64,000 nucleotides of DNA, from the NCBI RefSeq assembly GCF_009914755.1, contig NC_060930.1. One strand, written 5' to 3'. This document shows, piece by piece, positions 12,898 through 26,085 of the stretch. Under the pieces are notes generated by a model. It saw only the letters and a program-made list of their open reading frames with translations, made no database searches and was not told the DNA's origin. The position numbers and the translations under genes are program-made. The DNA comes from the human T2T-CHM13v2.0 reference genome, Homo sapiens. Numbering within the stretch: position 1 is the stretch's first letter; each line of letters begins with the position of its first letter.

Positions 12898-14290
12898 GTG
12901 TTATTATGTTATAGCTTTTTCCATGACCATCATTTTCTTTTTAATCTATCTGTGTTATGGTATTATGGTACCTCCAAAAACCTATTTTAAATATAAAGAT
13001 ATATCTTTATATTTAAACAAGAACTATATTGGGGAAGCCAAGCTGTATAATCACCATACATTAGGCCATGGGGATACAAGCATTTTTCTGTACTCAACTC
13101 TTTTCTACTGTTGGTGCTATAGTTAGCCTCTCATTCAATTTCCAAAAAGAAAATATTATTTCTATTAAAATAAGCTTGTCACTTTTTATAATTTTCATAT
13201 TAGCACAAGATATAATCCTTTAGTCATTTATTTGCCTTGGTGACTTTTACCATTAATTATCATAATATAAAGACACATCTTTATATTTAAAATAGGTTTT
13301 TGGAGGTGCCATAATTTGGTCTTAAAATTTTTAAATCTTTTTGACAATCTCTGTATTTTAATTATTTTATTTTTTCCATTTACATTAAAAGTGGTTATTG
13401 ACATAGTTCAATTAATACCTACCATGCATGTAACAGTTTTTAATTTAATGCATTTTTTGTCTTTTTCTGCCTTTTCTGGTTTTAATAGAGAATTTTATAT
13501 AATTTCATTTTATCTCCTCTATTAGCATATCAATTATGCTTCCTTAAAAAAATTATCCTAGAGTTTACAATATGCATCTACAACTAATCTAATTACACTT
13601 ACAGAAAACATTACACTGCTTTCCAGATACTACAATATCTTATGATACAGTATTCCTATTTCTTCCACCTCATCTATTATAACATTGATATCATTTATTT
13701 TAGTTATCCATATAATTATACAATGCATTGTTACTATTATTATTTTGAACAGTTTTCAATTAAGAATAAAAAATAAAATATTTTAGTTTGTTTTCATTTA
13801 TTCCTTCTCAAACCCTCTTTCTTTCTTTATGTAGTTCCAAGTTTCTGACATATATCATTTCTCTCTAAAGAATCGGTTTTTGGCATTTCTCAAAGGAAAG
13901 ATTTTCTGATGATGAATTTCCCCAGCTTTTGTCTAAAAAAATTTTAATTTATTTCTTCACTTTTGAGGGATAATTTTACTGGATATAGAAGTCTAGGCAA
14001 GTGGGTATTTTAATACTTAATACTTTTATTACATTTTGGTTTCTGAAATTTGTTATAGTTTTTATCCTTGTTTCTCTATAAGTAAGGTTTCTCCCTCCAC
14101 TCCCAACTTTTTCTTTTGGTTCAAGATCTTCTCTTTTCTTTTGGTTTTTGACAGTTTTAAATTAATTTTTCTAGGTATAGATTTTTATCATACATATCCT
14201 GGTTGGTGTTCTCAGAAATTCTTGAATCTGTGGTTTGATCTCCGCCATTAATTTTGGAATATTCTCAGCCATTATTTCTTTAAATATATC
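12898..14290 (-). mobile_element. Older L1M (L1MB/MC-type) fragment covering the ORF2 start and ORF1 3' part, interrupted by a templated insertion
   Basis: 'tttaatctatctgtg|tctttatatttaaaatagg', 'gacaatctctgtattttaatt', and 'gagggataattttactggatatagaagtctagg' (antisense of an ORF1 PRILYP-K-S-like motif). Confidence 0.75.
12955..13277. repeat. Complex templated insertion containing a 245-bp copy (13014-13258) of 14873-15121
   Basis: Direct comparison shows 3 substitutions plus one 4-bp indel; inverted repeats at 12962-13013 and 13264-13315. Confidence 0.95.
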
Positions 14291-14339
14291 TACTACCCTT
14301 CCGTCCTTCCTTCCTTCCTTTCTTCTTCCTTTCTTTCTT

Positions 14340-14576
14340 CTTTTATTTTTTATTTATTTTTATTTTTTTTGACGGGGTCTCACTCTGTCACTCAGGCTAG
14401 AATGCAGTGATGCGATTACTGCTCACTGCAACCTCTGCTTCCTGGGTTCAAGCAATTCTCTTGCCTCAGCCTCCTGAGTAGCTAGGAGTACAGGTGCATG
14501 CCACTACGCCCAGCTAATTTTTTTTTTTTTTTTGGTATTATTAGTAGAGATGGGATTTGCCATGTTGACCAGGCTG
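14340..14576 (-). mobile_element. Alu lacking its 5' part
   Basis: Poly(T), right arm and linker; left arm stops at 'ttgaccaggctg'. Confidence 0.92.
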
Positions 14577-14675
14577 ATAAATGAACGCGTTTGATCTTTT
14601 ATGTATTAAAATTAGCAAGAAATATAAGTTTTTAAAAGTGCACTATATGAAAGCCAAGTATAATGTTATTAGAAT

Positions 14676-14679
<4 letters not shown>

Positions 14680-14719
<40 letters not shown>
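14680..14719. repeat. (TC)n microsatellite
   Basis: Direct observation. Confidence 0.95.
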
Positions 14720-15436
14720 ATTCATGTGTATTAACTATGACCTGGTAGGACAATATTTTTAATGAACTAAAGAGCCCTTTGTTTTGGTAATACAAACAAA
14801 GAATTTAACTCAAATTGATACCATTTTAACAGTTAAAATGAGTTCTATGTATTAGTAATTGAGCTGAAAAAATAAACAAGAACTATATTGGGGAAGCCAA
14901 TATAGTTGTATAATCACCATACATTAGGCCATGGGGATACAAGCATTTTTCTGTACTCAACTCTTTTCTACTGTTGGTGCTGTAGTTAGCCTCTCATTCA
15001 ATTTCCAAAAAGAAAATATTATTTCTATTAAAATAAGCTTGTCACTTTTTATAATTTTCATATTAGCACAAGATATAATCCTTTAGTCATTTATTTGCCT
15101 TGATGACTTTTACCATTAATTTCTTTGCTTTTTTAAGTTTGGTTTCATGCTTATTGATAATGTCACTATTTTAATCACAGATTACAATCAAAATGTTCAG
15201 ATCAATAGGCTCATGGGCAAAATAAGGAAAAAAGGCTGCAGTGTCAAGGCATACTCGTACATAATAGGTGACTTTCCAACTGTAATTCTCTTTGCATGGA
15301 AGAAATCAAGCATGCTTTCACCAATGCAGAAAAGTGCTAATGATTCCACAAGCTACTTCACAAGTGAAATCACTATGCCTCCAGCATATGGAAAAAATAT
15401 TCAAAATATTAGACCTTTAAAAACTTGTCCAATTTA

Positions 15437-15715
15437 GGCCAAGCACAGTGGCTCACGCCTGTAATCTCAGCACTTTGGGAGGCTGAGGTGGGCAGATTGC
15501 CTGAGGTCAGGAGTTTGAGACCAGCCTGGCTAACATGGTGAAACCCCGTCTCTACTAAAAATACAAAATTTAGCCGTGCATGGTGGTGCACATCTGTAGT
15601 CCCAGCTACTACTCAGGAGGCTGAGGTAGGAAAATAGCTTGAACCGAGGAGGTGGAGGTTGCATCAAGATTGCGCCACTGCACTTCAGCCTGGGTGACAG
15701 AGCAAGACTCCGTCT

Positions 15716-15748
<33 letters not shown>

Positions 15749-15760
15749 AAAAAACAAACA
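15437..15760 (+). mobile_element. Full-length AluS with TSD
   Basis: ggccaagcacagtggctcac...poly(A); TSD aaaaacttgtccaattta (15419-15436) / aaaaacttttccaattta (15761-15778) at a TT/AAAA site. Confidence 0.97.
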
Positions 15761-15964
15761 AAAAACTTTTCCAATTTAATCCATGGTCACATTATAGCTG
15801 GTGAGTAATTATCAGGTAAATGGAAATTTTTGAATAAACTATTATTTATACATATCATTTAAAGGAATACATTAGATTTATGTAGAGGTATGTGTGTGTG
15901 TGATGTGATTATTAATTACTGTGACTCAATATAGGTGATATAGGTCAGTATTAAGGTAGATAGG

Positions 15965-16492
15965 TGATATTATTTGGCTCTGTGCTCCCAACCAAATCTC
16001 ACCTCAAATTTTATTTTATTATTTTTTATTTTTATTTATTTATTTATTTTTTTATGTTTTTGAGAAAGAGTTCTGCTCTGTCGCCCAGGCTGGAGTGCAG
16101 TGGCACGAACTTGGCTTGCTGCAACCTCTGCCTGCAGGTTCAAGCGATTATCCTCTCTCAGCCTCCTGAGTAGCTGGGATTACAGGCTCATGCCACCACG
16201 CCTGGCTAATTTTTGTATTTTTAGTAGAGATGGGGTTTTGCTATGTTGGCCAGGCTGGTTTTGTATTCCTGACCTCAGGTGGTCCACCTACCTCAGCCTC
16301 CCAAAGTGCTGGGATTACAGACATGAGCCACCACGCCTGGCCCTCATCTCAAATTTTAATCCCTGCATGTCAAGGGAGGGACTCAGTGGGAGGTGATTGC
16401 ATCATGGGGGTGGCTTCTTCCATGCTGTTCTCATGATAGTGAGTGAGTTAGCATAAGATCTGATTGTTTAATAAGTGTTTGGCACTTCCCCC

Positions 16493-16524
<32 letters not shown>

Positions 16525-16703
16525 GTCTCTCTCTCTCTGCCATGTAAAACGTGTCTTGCTTCCTCTTCACTTTCTGCCATTATTGTAAGTTTCCTGAGGC
16601 CTCTCCAGCCATGCAGAACTGTGAGTCAAATAAACCTCTTTTGTTTGTAAATTATCTAGTCTCAGGTAGTATCTTTATAGCAGTGTGAAAACAGACTAAT
16701 ACA
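15965..16703 (+). mobile_element. MaLR solo LTR (THE1D/MSTA-like) split by an Alu
   Basis: tgatattatttggctctgtg...acagactaataca termini. Confidence 0.9.
16014..16342 (-). mobile_element. Full-length AluS nested in the MaLR LTR
   Basis: TSD ctcacctcaaatttta (15998-16013) / ctcatctcaaatttta (16343-16358). Confidence 0.96.
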
Positions 16704-16839
16704 GTATGTCTCAAACAGGATAATTTTCATTGGGTTGAATATGGGTTTTTACGAATTAGTAAGAGTAACCTATGGGAGAGGAGCTAGGTAGGGCATTAGT
16801 AGATGTTTTTATGCGGGGAAGAGAAAATTAGTCAAAGAT

Positions 16840-17050
16840 GATAACTATTAATTATAGCTTTCTTTATATGGCTCTGGGAACTTGCTAAGCACTTTAGAAA
16901 CACAATCTGATTTCATTCCCACAACAATCCTGCAAGTTAAAAATTATCCCAATTTTACATAAAAATTAAATGATTTATTTGAGCTCACATAGTATTCTGG
17001 TAGCAGCATCAAGATTAAAATTCAGGATGATGGAATTCAGTACTCAGTGT
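16840..17050 (-). mobile_element. MIR SINE
   Basis: 'gctaagcacttta...cacaacaatcctgcaag...attatccccaattttaca'. Confidence 0.7.
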
Positions 17051-17185
17051 GTCTGATAGTGCATGAGCAAATGAGACTGTGCAGTAGAGCAATGTAATTA
17101 CAGAATTTACCCATTTTGTTTTCTTTACTGATATCCAGGTGATTTCTCCTTTATTTCATTTATTAAAAAAAATTCAGTTGTCTAG

Positions 17186-17625
17186 AAAAGACATGGAATC
17201 ATTGTAAATGCCCATCAATGATAACCTGGATAAAGAAAATGTGGTACATGTATACCATGGAATACTATGCAGCCATAGGAAAGAATGACATCATGTCCTT
17301 TGCAGAGACATGGATGGAGCTGTAGACCATTATCCTTAGCAAACTAACACAAGAACAGAAAACCAATTCCACATGTCTTCATTTATAAATGGGAGCTAAA
17401 TGATGAGAACACATGGACACATAGAGGGGAACAACATACACTGGGGCCTTTCAGAGAATGTAGGGTAGGAGGAGGGAAAGAATCAGGAAAAATAACTAAT
17501 GGGTACTAGGCTTAATACCTGGATGATGAAATAATCTGTACAACAAAGCCCTATGACACAAGTTTACCTGTCTAATGAACCTGCACATGTACCCCTGAAC
17601 TTAAAAGTTAAAAAAAAGAAAAAAA
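17186..17625 (+). mobile_element. 5'-truncated L1PA (about PA13-15) 3' end
   Basis: ORF2 end 'aaaatgtggtacatgtataccatggaatactatgcagcc', 3'UTR 'gtacccctgaacttaaaagtt' plus A tail. Confidence 0.92.
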
Positions 17626-19420
17626 TTATGGCCAGATATAATTACCAAGTAATGTACAGTATCTGAATAATAGCTTTTTTTATTGACATTTCTTTGACAT
17701 TAAAATCATAAACATATGATTACAAAATTTTCAACACAAATACATGAGCTTTTTGATAAATTACTTTCTAATAGGATCTATTACTTGAATTGATAATGTT
17801 ATCAATTACTACTATATCATATACTACCATATCATATACTACAATCATATACTATTGCATCAAATCTCTAGAGGTGCTTGCAAAGTAAGTCATTCAATGC
17901 CATGGGTTTGAAGTAAAAAATAAGCAGAGTGTAAAGGTCTTTTTTGTGATAAGCTTGTATATAAACCAAATAAAGCAGTAAAAATCAAATTTAAAACACC
18001 CTAAAGAAAATAAGTTTCTGTTTGAAAAGTTAAAAAGAAATATTATTATGACTTTTTCCTCAAACATTTTTCCTTTTTTAAAAATTTTGCTTGAAGTATA
18101 CTTTTTAAAATTTCACTTTCAAATACAATGCCAGGCATACTTTTGGAGTCAGGGTAGCATATAGTTTCCCTAATATTTTCTAATATTTACTATGTCAAGT
18201 CACATAAATCGGTCTGCATTAAGTTTATTCTGCATGTCTGTGGGGTAGTAGATCAATTAACTTGAGAGAAATATAATCACACTCCATTTTAAAAGTAATT
18301 TCTAACCATAACACAATGTTTGGAGGTACTTGAAAACTTCGAGGGGAATGTTCAGGGAAATCAATAAGTCAAGTTATACACTCAGGAATCCCTGAATAAC
18401 ATGGCTGTTAATCAGCAGTACAGTGGTTTCTCCACGGGATGTGGGGAGAGAACAGAGCTAAGTGACAAGAAGTAAGAACATAATTTAAAACACCTAGTAA
18501 CATATTCCAAGGAAAAATTAGAACAACCCAAAATGAAGCTCCATGATATTAAATATCTTCATTATCAGCGCTCTCCCTTTATCTCTTTCATGTGAGAAAC
18601 TACCAACTGATAAAATGACATCAGAATAACTGTGAAATGTTTTTAGAACATATTCAGGGTCCATGGTAAGCTCACCACTGACTGAAACCTTGAGCCTGGG
18701 AAAGCAAAATAAACATGCTGAGCAAGATTAAATCTCAGCACAAATTAAATGCTTTGGTCTTATCATATAGATATACACAGAAAATTGAAAAAATAAGGAA
18801 TTAGAATATCCAAATGAGGCATATGTTGTCATTTTGCAAATCTGGAATCTTTTTTTTCTGAACCATTTTCTGCTCTTCTCCTATTTGAAGATGATGCAAT
18901 GAGAGAAATTCAATTATCTGAGAAGTGGTATAGAAAATATATCAAAAATTTTTAACATTCTGTGCATATAAATGCAATAATGTAATAGAAACAAAGATAG
19001 CCATAATGATTGACAGAAAATCATATGGCAGGAGACACAAACTATAATAATACAGAGTTATAAAATGCTAGAAATATGTTTTTCTGAGCGCCATGGCTTA
19101 TTCAAAAGCATTGGGCAAACATATAGGTGGTTACAAATAAAAAGAAATATAGCAACAGTATCAATATAGTAAGACAGAAGTGTAACTATTGAAAAGATAA
19201 GGTAAAAATGAGTTTCTTTGGTTTATTTTAGAATTTTGGTGCTGTTTTCATAAATCTTTAGAATGTACATTTTTGTCTTAGTTATTAAATAGATGAATTT
19301 GAAAGCAACTAGGGTTAATTGGCTCTTATACTTTCTCTTAGAAAAAGTATGATAAATGTTACCAAAAATAATGGGAGAAGGGAAAAATATGAATGAACAG
19401 ATTACATTAGTCCAGTGTTT

Positions 19421-19482
19421 CACACACACACGTGTGCATACATGTGGGCATATAAATGTGTGTGTGTGTGTGTGTGTGTGTA
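19421..19482. repeat. (CA)n/(TG)n microsatellite
   Basis: Direct observation. Confidence 0.9.
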
Positions 19483-20211
19483 TAAATGTTTGACAGAGAG
19501 AGAGAAAAAAAAAGAAATGTATTGATGATTTCACTATTGCTAATTTTTTGCTCTTATGTCCCTCATCAGTTATAGTTCTGGAAAGGCACTGTAATTAGAT
19601 TTCTGCCTTATCGTATTTTATAGCTACTCAACAAAAGGGTATTCCACCATATTCCACTTATATCTTTTTTATGTGCTCACTTTGCATCTTTGTTCTCAGG
19701 GTTTCCTTCCTATACCAGCTAATCCCTCACCTTCAGGATAAAACACTAATACCTATGTTTATGCCTTCATGTCTATGATTCATGAGGAACATTAATTGCT
19801 TGGTTGTTTCCATGTGATTATCCTATTAGCTATTTTCTCAATTTGTTATTTTAAAGAATACATTGTTTCATTGCTTTTAGCCTTTCACAAATTTCCAACA
19901 TGTTTACATATTAAGGTTTAGAATAAAAATATTCCTTCTAGATAGATTTATTTCCTCCTTGTCTTCTCATCTGTCTCCGGATATACTTCCCTGACTTCTC
20001 TGACTGCTTACCATTAAAAGGTAAACCATTAAAAGGTTTCTTTTAATGGAGCTAAAGACCATGTAGTTCACATCTTTGGCTGTGATATAGTAGAGTTCTA
20101 TTGAAAAGGTATGTACTTGAGAATTCGAGCATGTACAATAAAGGGTAGAGAAGTAAAATTTTAAAAACATAGATTTTTTTCATTATTACAAAATCTTTCT
20201 GTTGAATTCAC

Positions 20212-20775
20212 TTTTTAAATTTACATTTTAATTTTAGATCCAGCAGTTACATGTGCAGATTTTTTACAAGGATTTATTGCTTAATGCTAAGGTTTGGGCT
20301 TCTGTTGGCGCAGTCATTAAGATAGTGAACATAGTGCTCAATAGGAAGCTTTTCAGCTCTTGTGCCCCTCTCTCCCTTCCTCCTTTTGGAGTTCTCAGTG
20401 TCCACTCTTCCCTTCTTTATGTCCATATGTAGCAAAAGTGTAGCTCTCACTTATAAGTGAGAACATGCGATATTTATTTTTTTTTTTTCTGCATTAATTT
20501 GCTTAGGATATTGGCCTCTAGTTGCATCCATGCTGCTGCAAAGGACGTGATTTTGTTCTTTTTAATGAACGTGTAGCATTCCATGGTATATATGTACCAC
20601 ATTTCTTTATCCAATCCATTTTCAATGGGCACCTAGGTGATTTTCATGTCTTTGCTTATCTAAGTAGTGCTGCTATGACCATGTGGGTGCATGTAACTTT
20701 TGGGTAGAACAATTTTTTTTTTTTTTGGTAAATACTCAGAAATGGGATTGCTGAGTCAATGGCAGTTTTATCTTT
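20212..20775 (-). mobile_element. L1PA15/16-like 3' end
   Basis: 'tacatgtgcagat', 'cacttataagtgagaacatgcgatatt', 'ccatggtatatatgtaccacatttctttatccaatcc'. Confidence 0.88.
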
Positions 20776-20779
20776 CAGA

Positions 20780-20960
20780 ATATAGGTTTTAAAGTCAGAA
20801 AAGTAAAGCTCAGCTTTGCCATTCACAAGCTACATTATTTTGAGCAAGTAACTCAAACTTAATCTATTTTGGTTTCTCAATATGAGATATAGCATATACC
20901 TCACAGGATTGTAGGGAGAACTAAGTAAAATAACAGATAATAAATGGGAGCTAGTATTAT
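20780..20960 (+). mobile_element. MIR SINE
   Basis: 'ttgagcaagtaactcaaactt', 'tacctcacaggattgtagggagaact'. Confidence 0.65.
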
Positions 20961-21049
20961 TATGTAATAAATATTGACTTCAAATTCTACCAGTACTTAT
21001 TAAATTTAGTAGCATTTTCATTTGTAATATGGTTAAATTTTTAAAAAAT

Positions 21050-21500
21050 AATGCATTGAGGTGAAATTAATATACTATAAAATGAACTATTTTAAAATGA
21101 ACTCAGTGACACTTAATAATCACAACATGTAGTTGTGCAACCACCACACACAAAACTATCTAGGTCCAAAATATTTCTGTCGCTTCAAAGTAAAACTGCT
21201 TATCCATTAAGGATTCTCTCCCATGCACTCCTTCCCTACCCCCGGCAACCCCCAATCTGTGTTCTATCTATCTGTATGGAATTATCTATTCCACATATTT
21301 TATATAAATGTAATCATACAATATGTGAATTTTGTGTCTGGCTTCTTTTACTTAGAATAACCTTTTTAAGGTTTATACACATTGTAGCATGTATTTGTCA
21401 ACCTTTGTTAAGAGTAAAAAATATTCCATTGTGTGTATACAGCATAATTCGTTTATGCATTCATCCACTGATGAATATTTGTGCTGTTAATACATTTTAA
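21050..21500 (-). mobile_element. L1MB-type 3' end
   Basis: 'ttgtgcaaccaccac', 'tataaatgtaatcatacaatatgtg...tgtgtctggcttcttttacttag'. Confidence 0.82.
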
Positions 21501-21658
21501 AAACATAGATTTACAATGTTGATCCGCAAACAACTAGAATCAAACTGGAGAGAATAAGATCTGTGTCTGTTTCTTTATCTTTCTCTCCTGTGTCCACTGA
21601 TGGAAAAACATGTCAGTAAATGGGCCAGGCCAGATTTCTACCCCAGAGCCAAATATAG

Positions 21659-22011
<353 letters not shown>

Positions 22012-24539
22012 AGTTTATTCTTATGTGTAGTATTTTTTTAACTTACTTATTTTTTTTCTGCTTATTATATATTCCCTTTCCATTCTTGTTCATCACCAGA
22101 CTCTACTTTCTTCTTTCGGTTTATCTTCCCCACTTCAAGAAATATTGCTGTAGATATAAGTCATCGTTGATCAGATTGTATGAGTCCCTCAATTGTGTCA
22201 GGCTTACAAAGAAGTTTGAGAATCACCATGAAACCTGTAATTTTACAATTTATCATTGAAAATATGAAAATCTTTCATTTACTCTTGCAGAAATCTTTGT
22301 ATTGATTTATCTACTCCAAATTTTGTTGGGTTTTGTAAAGCATTTCACTTTGAATGAGATTGGGACATAATTTCAATGATTTGTTGTCAGTATGTAATCT
22401 GAAAACTATTATGACAACCGATGTTATCAATCTTTGATACTTAATTGCTTCATGGGAAGTTGAATGGTAACAAAATTAAACAGAGTGAAATAAATGTTGC
22501 GAAAGTGCTAACCCATATTTTGGGAAAAGAGTGGGAGTTTTTATTAAAACATGGGTATAACAGAGAAGCTGTCTAATCTACTGATTTATTGTGTTTGTGA
22601 TATTTTTAGCTTATGCTGATAATACCAACATGAACAATGTTCAATAAAATTTAACAGATTTTGAATTTTATTCTAACTTCAAATTTTTCAATGATTTGAA
22701 TTATTTGTAACAGAAAAAGTGTAATTTTCTTTAAAAATATTTATGTCAAATATTTTAAAACCTTTTTCTTTTCAAATGTGAAAATTTCTTCAAAATATTT
22801 TGAAGATATAGCATTCAAGTAAATGATCTAGAAACGTTCTGATGCAATATAGTCCCTACTATTTACAAACTACAGTATCTTTCTAAAAGCCAGATTTTTG
22901 GAATTAAGTTAAAGCACTTTTGAAGAAGAATTTTATTGTACCAAACACATTTGAAAGTAGTTGAAATAGTATGCTAGTCAAATAAAAAGGAACACATTTA
23001 ACAAAAGGCAAAGTTTTTTATTTTAAATGTCAAATTGTTTTCAATCTCAGATTTGATAAGAAACTTAGAGTCCTTTTCTATTTTTTCTGTAACCCTTAGT
23101 AACAGTCATATACAAGTGAATGAATTTAGTATAAATGATACTGAAAAGAGACATATTTTTTCTTTCTATTGATTTTCTATTAAATTAGGATTTATCAAGG
23201 GATATACCCTTAGCAAGAAATGTTATTAACAATCACTCCAATTTCTTCTGTAACATGCACTAGATTATATATTGCTTTTTGCAATGATTTTTTTAAAACT
23301 TTCCACTCCCTCAAACTTCTGACAAAGCAGCCTCTGTTTCACAGAGAATGCAGAAACCACCAGAAGGCCAAATATCTCTACTGAAAAGCAAACCCATTCT
23401 ATTAATCTTATCACCATCTTTTCCTTCCCTGATAATAACATAAAGGTGCCTCTTTCCCACATGTGTTTTGCAACCTAACCCCTCATATCTTCTCTCTTCA
23501 CTATTGATTATCCCTTATCTCATCGTATTCAACCCACTTTTTCTTTCCGATAATCTTTAAACATAATGAAATATTTCTCATTCAAACATTTTTAAAGATA
23601 TAAACAAAAGCATTAATAAAAACAATGAATACACTAGACCTTCCAACTGCTTGTTGATCTCATTTTTTTCATAGTCAAATTTTTATAAGAGAGACGTTGT
23701 CACCTATCACTAAATCATCAACCCTTCCAGTTTGATTTACATCTCTCACTCTATTATAATCTGACCTGTGAATACAATGTCACTAAGTCTAGTGGAAATC
23801 TTTTACTATTTATCTTACATGAACCTTTGGAAACATTTGACATTTTTGCCCTTTGTCTCCATCTCTAAATGCTTTATTACCTTTGCTGATTTGATGTAAC
23901 ATAACATTTATTGTATATTTCTTTCTATGCATTTTCTCTCTCTCTTCTGCAGGCTCATTCTCCTCTACTAAGGCATTAAATATTAAAAGTTCTTTAATAT
24001 TTTTATTTTATCTTCTCACTTTTTATTTTATCTGTTATACCTAGATAAGTGTACTTCTGTGTATGGCTTAAATTTTCGCCTTTTTTCAGGGGGCTCACAA
24101 CTTTTTATCTTCAGCTTATACCTCCCCTCTGAGCATCAGACCTATTTATTTATCCAACTACCTAATTTGGGGTTCTACTGTATATCTATCTTAAGAGAAA
24201 TGCAAATCAAACTTTTCAAAACTGAATCTTACGTTTCTCCTACATCTTGGTTCTCAGCACCATTCCATTGCAGACAACAGTAGCGACATCTGTTTTGTTA
24301 TACAAGCCAGAAATCATAGGGCTAACTTCAATACTGCTCTGTCCCTTTCTACCCATATGCATTATATAAAGTCTTACTGATTTTACCTCATAAGAAGTAA
24401 GAAGCTCTAGAGTGAACCTGCTCCTCTATCTCTCCACTACCATAACTGTAGCCTAAATTATAAAAATTTATTGTATAAAGCACAGAAATAGTCTCCTAAT
24501 TTAACTTTCTAGATCATCTCAGGCCACCCTTGGATCTCC

Positions 24540-26085
24540 CAGTGCTGATCATAATCTGGAATGTCAAAATCCCAAAGGAGCAAAATCCCTAATATTTAAA
24601 ATTCCTAATGTAAAATATCCCAAAAATCACAATCCCAAACAAACAGTTACAATCCTATATTTCAAAATTCTGGAAGTTGAATTCTGAGAAAGGGATTAGT
24701 ACGTTTTCAGTTGTAAGCAGGATAGTTACATCATGTTTGTTGCAACATGATAGGTTAGACTATTACCTTGTTGTTGCCTTTATTTGCATTTGGCAAAAAA
24801 TCTAGATGCCTGGATTTGCCACACAATGCAACAATGACAAAAACTTCAGTTTAAAAATATGGCATTTGTCTGAATTAGAATTCTTCCCTTTTGATGAAAT
24901 TCCAATAGCTTTTAATGAATTAAAGTCACATTTGCCTGAAAAAAGTCAGCAAATTACTGACTAGCTTGCAAATAATTATTTGCACAATAGGATAAGAAGA
25001 CATCTATGCACCAGTGTTACTGCTTGATCACCAGTATTGTTTACACCAAATATGTGCTTGGTGTTTAAGTGCATGAAGAACAGATTTCCCAAAGCAACAT
25101 ACAAGCATGGCACAGAAGATTGGAAAGTTTATTAGGAAATGTTCATGTCAGTGTATATAGAAATACAGAATAATTTTAAAAAGAGCAACATTGCACAGAA
25201 AATGTATGTGAATGTATTCTCCAAGGAAAGCCATGGCTTAAAAGAAAAAAAAAAAAAGCAGCTATCATTGCTATGAAAGACTTCAAAATATAGTTAATGA
25301 TTGTGAAAATTGGCCAGCCCATATGGACTAATTCTGGGGATTCCCGGCAATACCCTTTTTTTGTGTGTGTATCAAATTTTCTTTTCTGTTTTTGGGGAAA
25401 TTTTGTGGGTTTTTTCTTTCTTTTTTCTTTTTATAGTTTTCACCCACTATTTTAAAATGTCAGCATTATTTTACACAATTCACTATGCTACATATTTTAT
25501 CTTTCCATCATTTCCAGTACTTTTAGAGTTGTAATTCTTTTCATGTGTTTTTTTGTGACTCTACGAAAGTGGATTATCACAACTTGACTTTGTGTGTAAG
25601 CATTGTGCATGTTGTAAAAAATGTTGAAACTTCCTTAGTAAATGGAAAGATGCCATTTTTGTACAACTGCATTTGTGAAAGACAAAATTTCTTAGAGGTT
25701 TGTCTCTTTGGGTAACTGCATATATGATGGTGAGCTGTTGTGGTTTTTGATCGATTTTGTCAGAAGGCTTAAGTTGTTTATCACAGTATTTCAGATGACC
25801 ATAGTCATAAACCTATGCACACAATGATCAACCATAGTGATATGTGTTTATATACTTATCTTTTGGACATATTTCTTTTTGAACAGAATTTCTCTGCTCA
25901 TAACTGTTATATTGATGTGGTTTTTGTTAGTATAGCTAGGTGTTTATGCTTGCAAACATACGTCTGCAAAAATTATTATTTTTGTAATTATATTTTCAGG
26001 ATTTTTATCTTTTAGAATTGTGATTTTGGGGATTTTAGACTTCAGAAATTTTGTTCTTTTGGGATTTCCACATTTAGGATTGTGG
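24540..26085 (+). mobile_element. Ricksha-like Mutator/MULE DNA transposon fossil
   Basis: Long subrepetitive TIRs (aatccc/aaaatcc motifs on the left, gggattt on the right) and an internal MULE transposase remnant. Confidence 0.85.
24785..25355 (+). pseudogene. Disrupted C-terminal MULE transposase
   Basis: CIWQKI*MPGFATQCNNDKNFSLKIWHLSELEFFPFDEIPIAFNELK...SPVLFTPNM...FP, then after a frameshift SNIQAWHRRLE (matching the PRTNNxxEAWH motif). Confidence 0.78.

Noticed and set aside
12962-13315. Novel MITE or Pack-type transposon with 52-bp TIRs
   Set aside because: The right 'TIR' is largely resident L1 sequence, there is no TSD, and the cargo is a local copy; template switching explains it better.
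14340-16342. Oppositely oriented Alus within ~1 kb as a dsRNA/ADAR substrate
   Set aside because: Common arrangement, with no evidence of transcription from the sequence alone.
15409-16436. ORFs with '[11 protein letters not shown]' and 'SASQSAGIT' peptides
   Set aside because: Standard antisense Alu translations; the same applies at 21600, 34026 and 45715-46093.
17816-17855. atcatatactac x3 and similar micro-duplications (e.g. 20010-20037)
   Set aside because: Ordinary short slippage repeats in AT-rich DNA.
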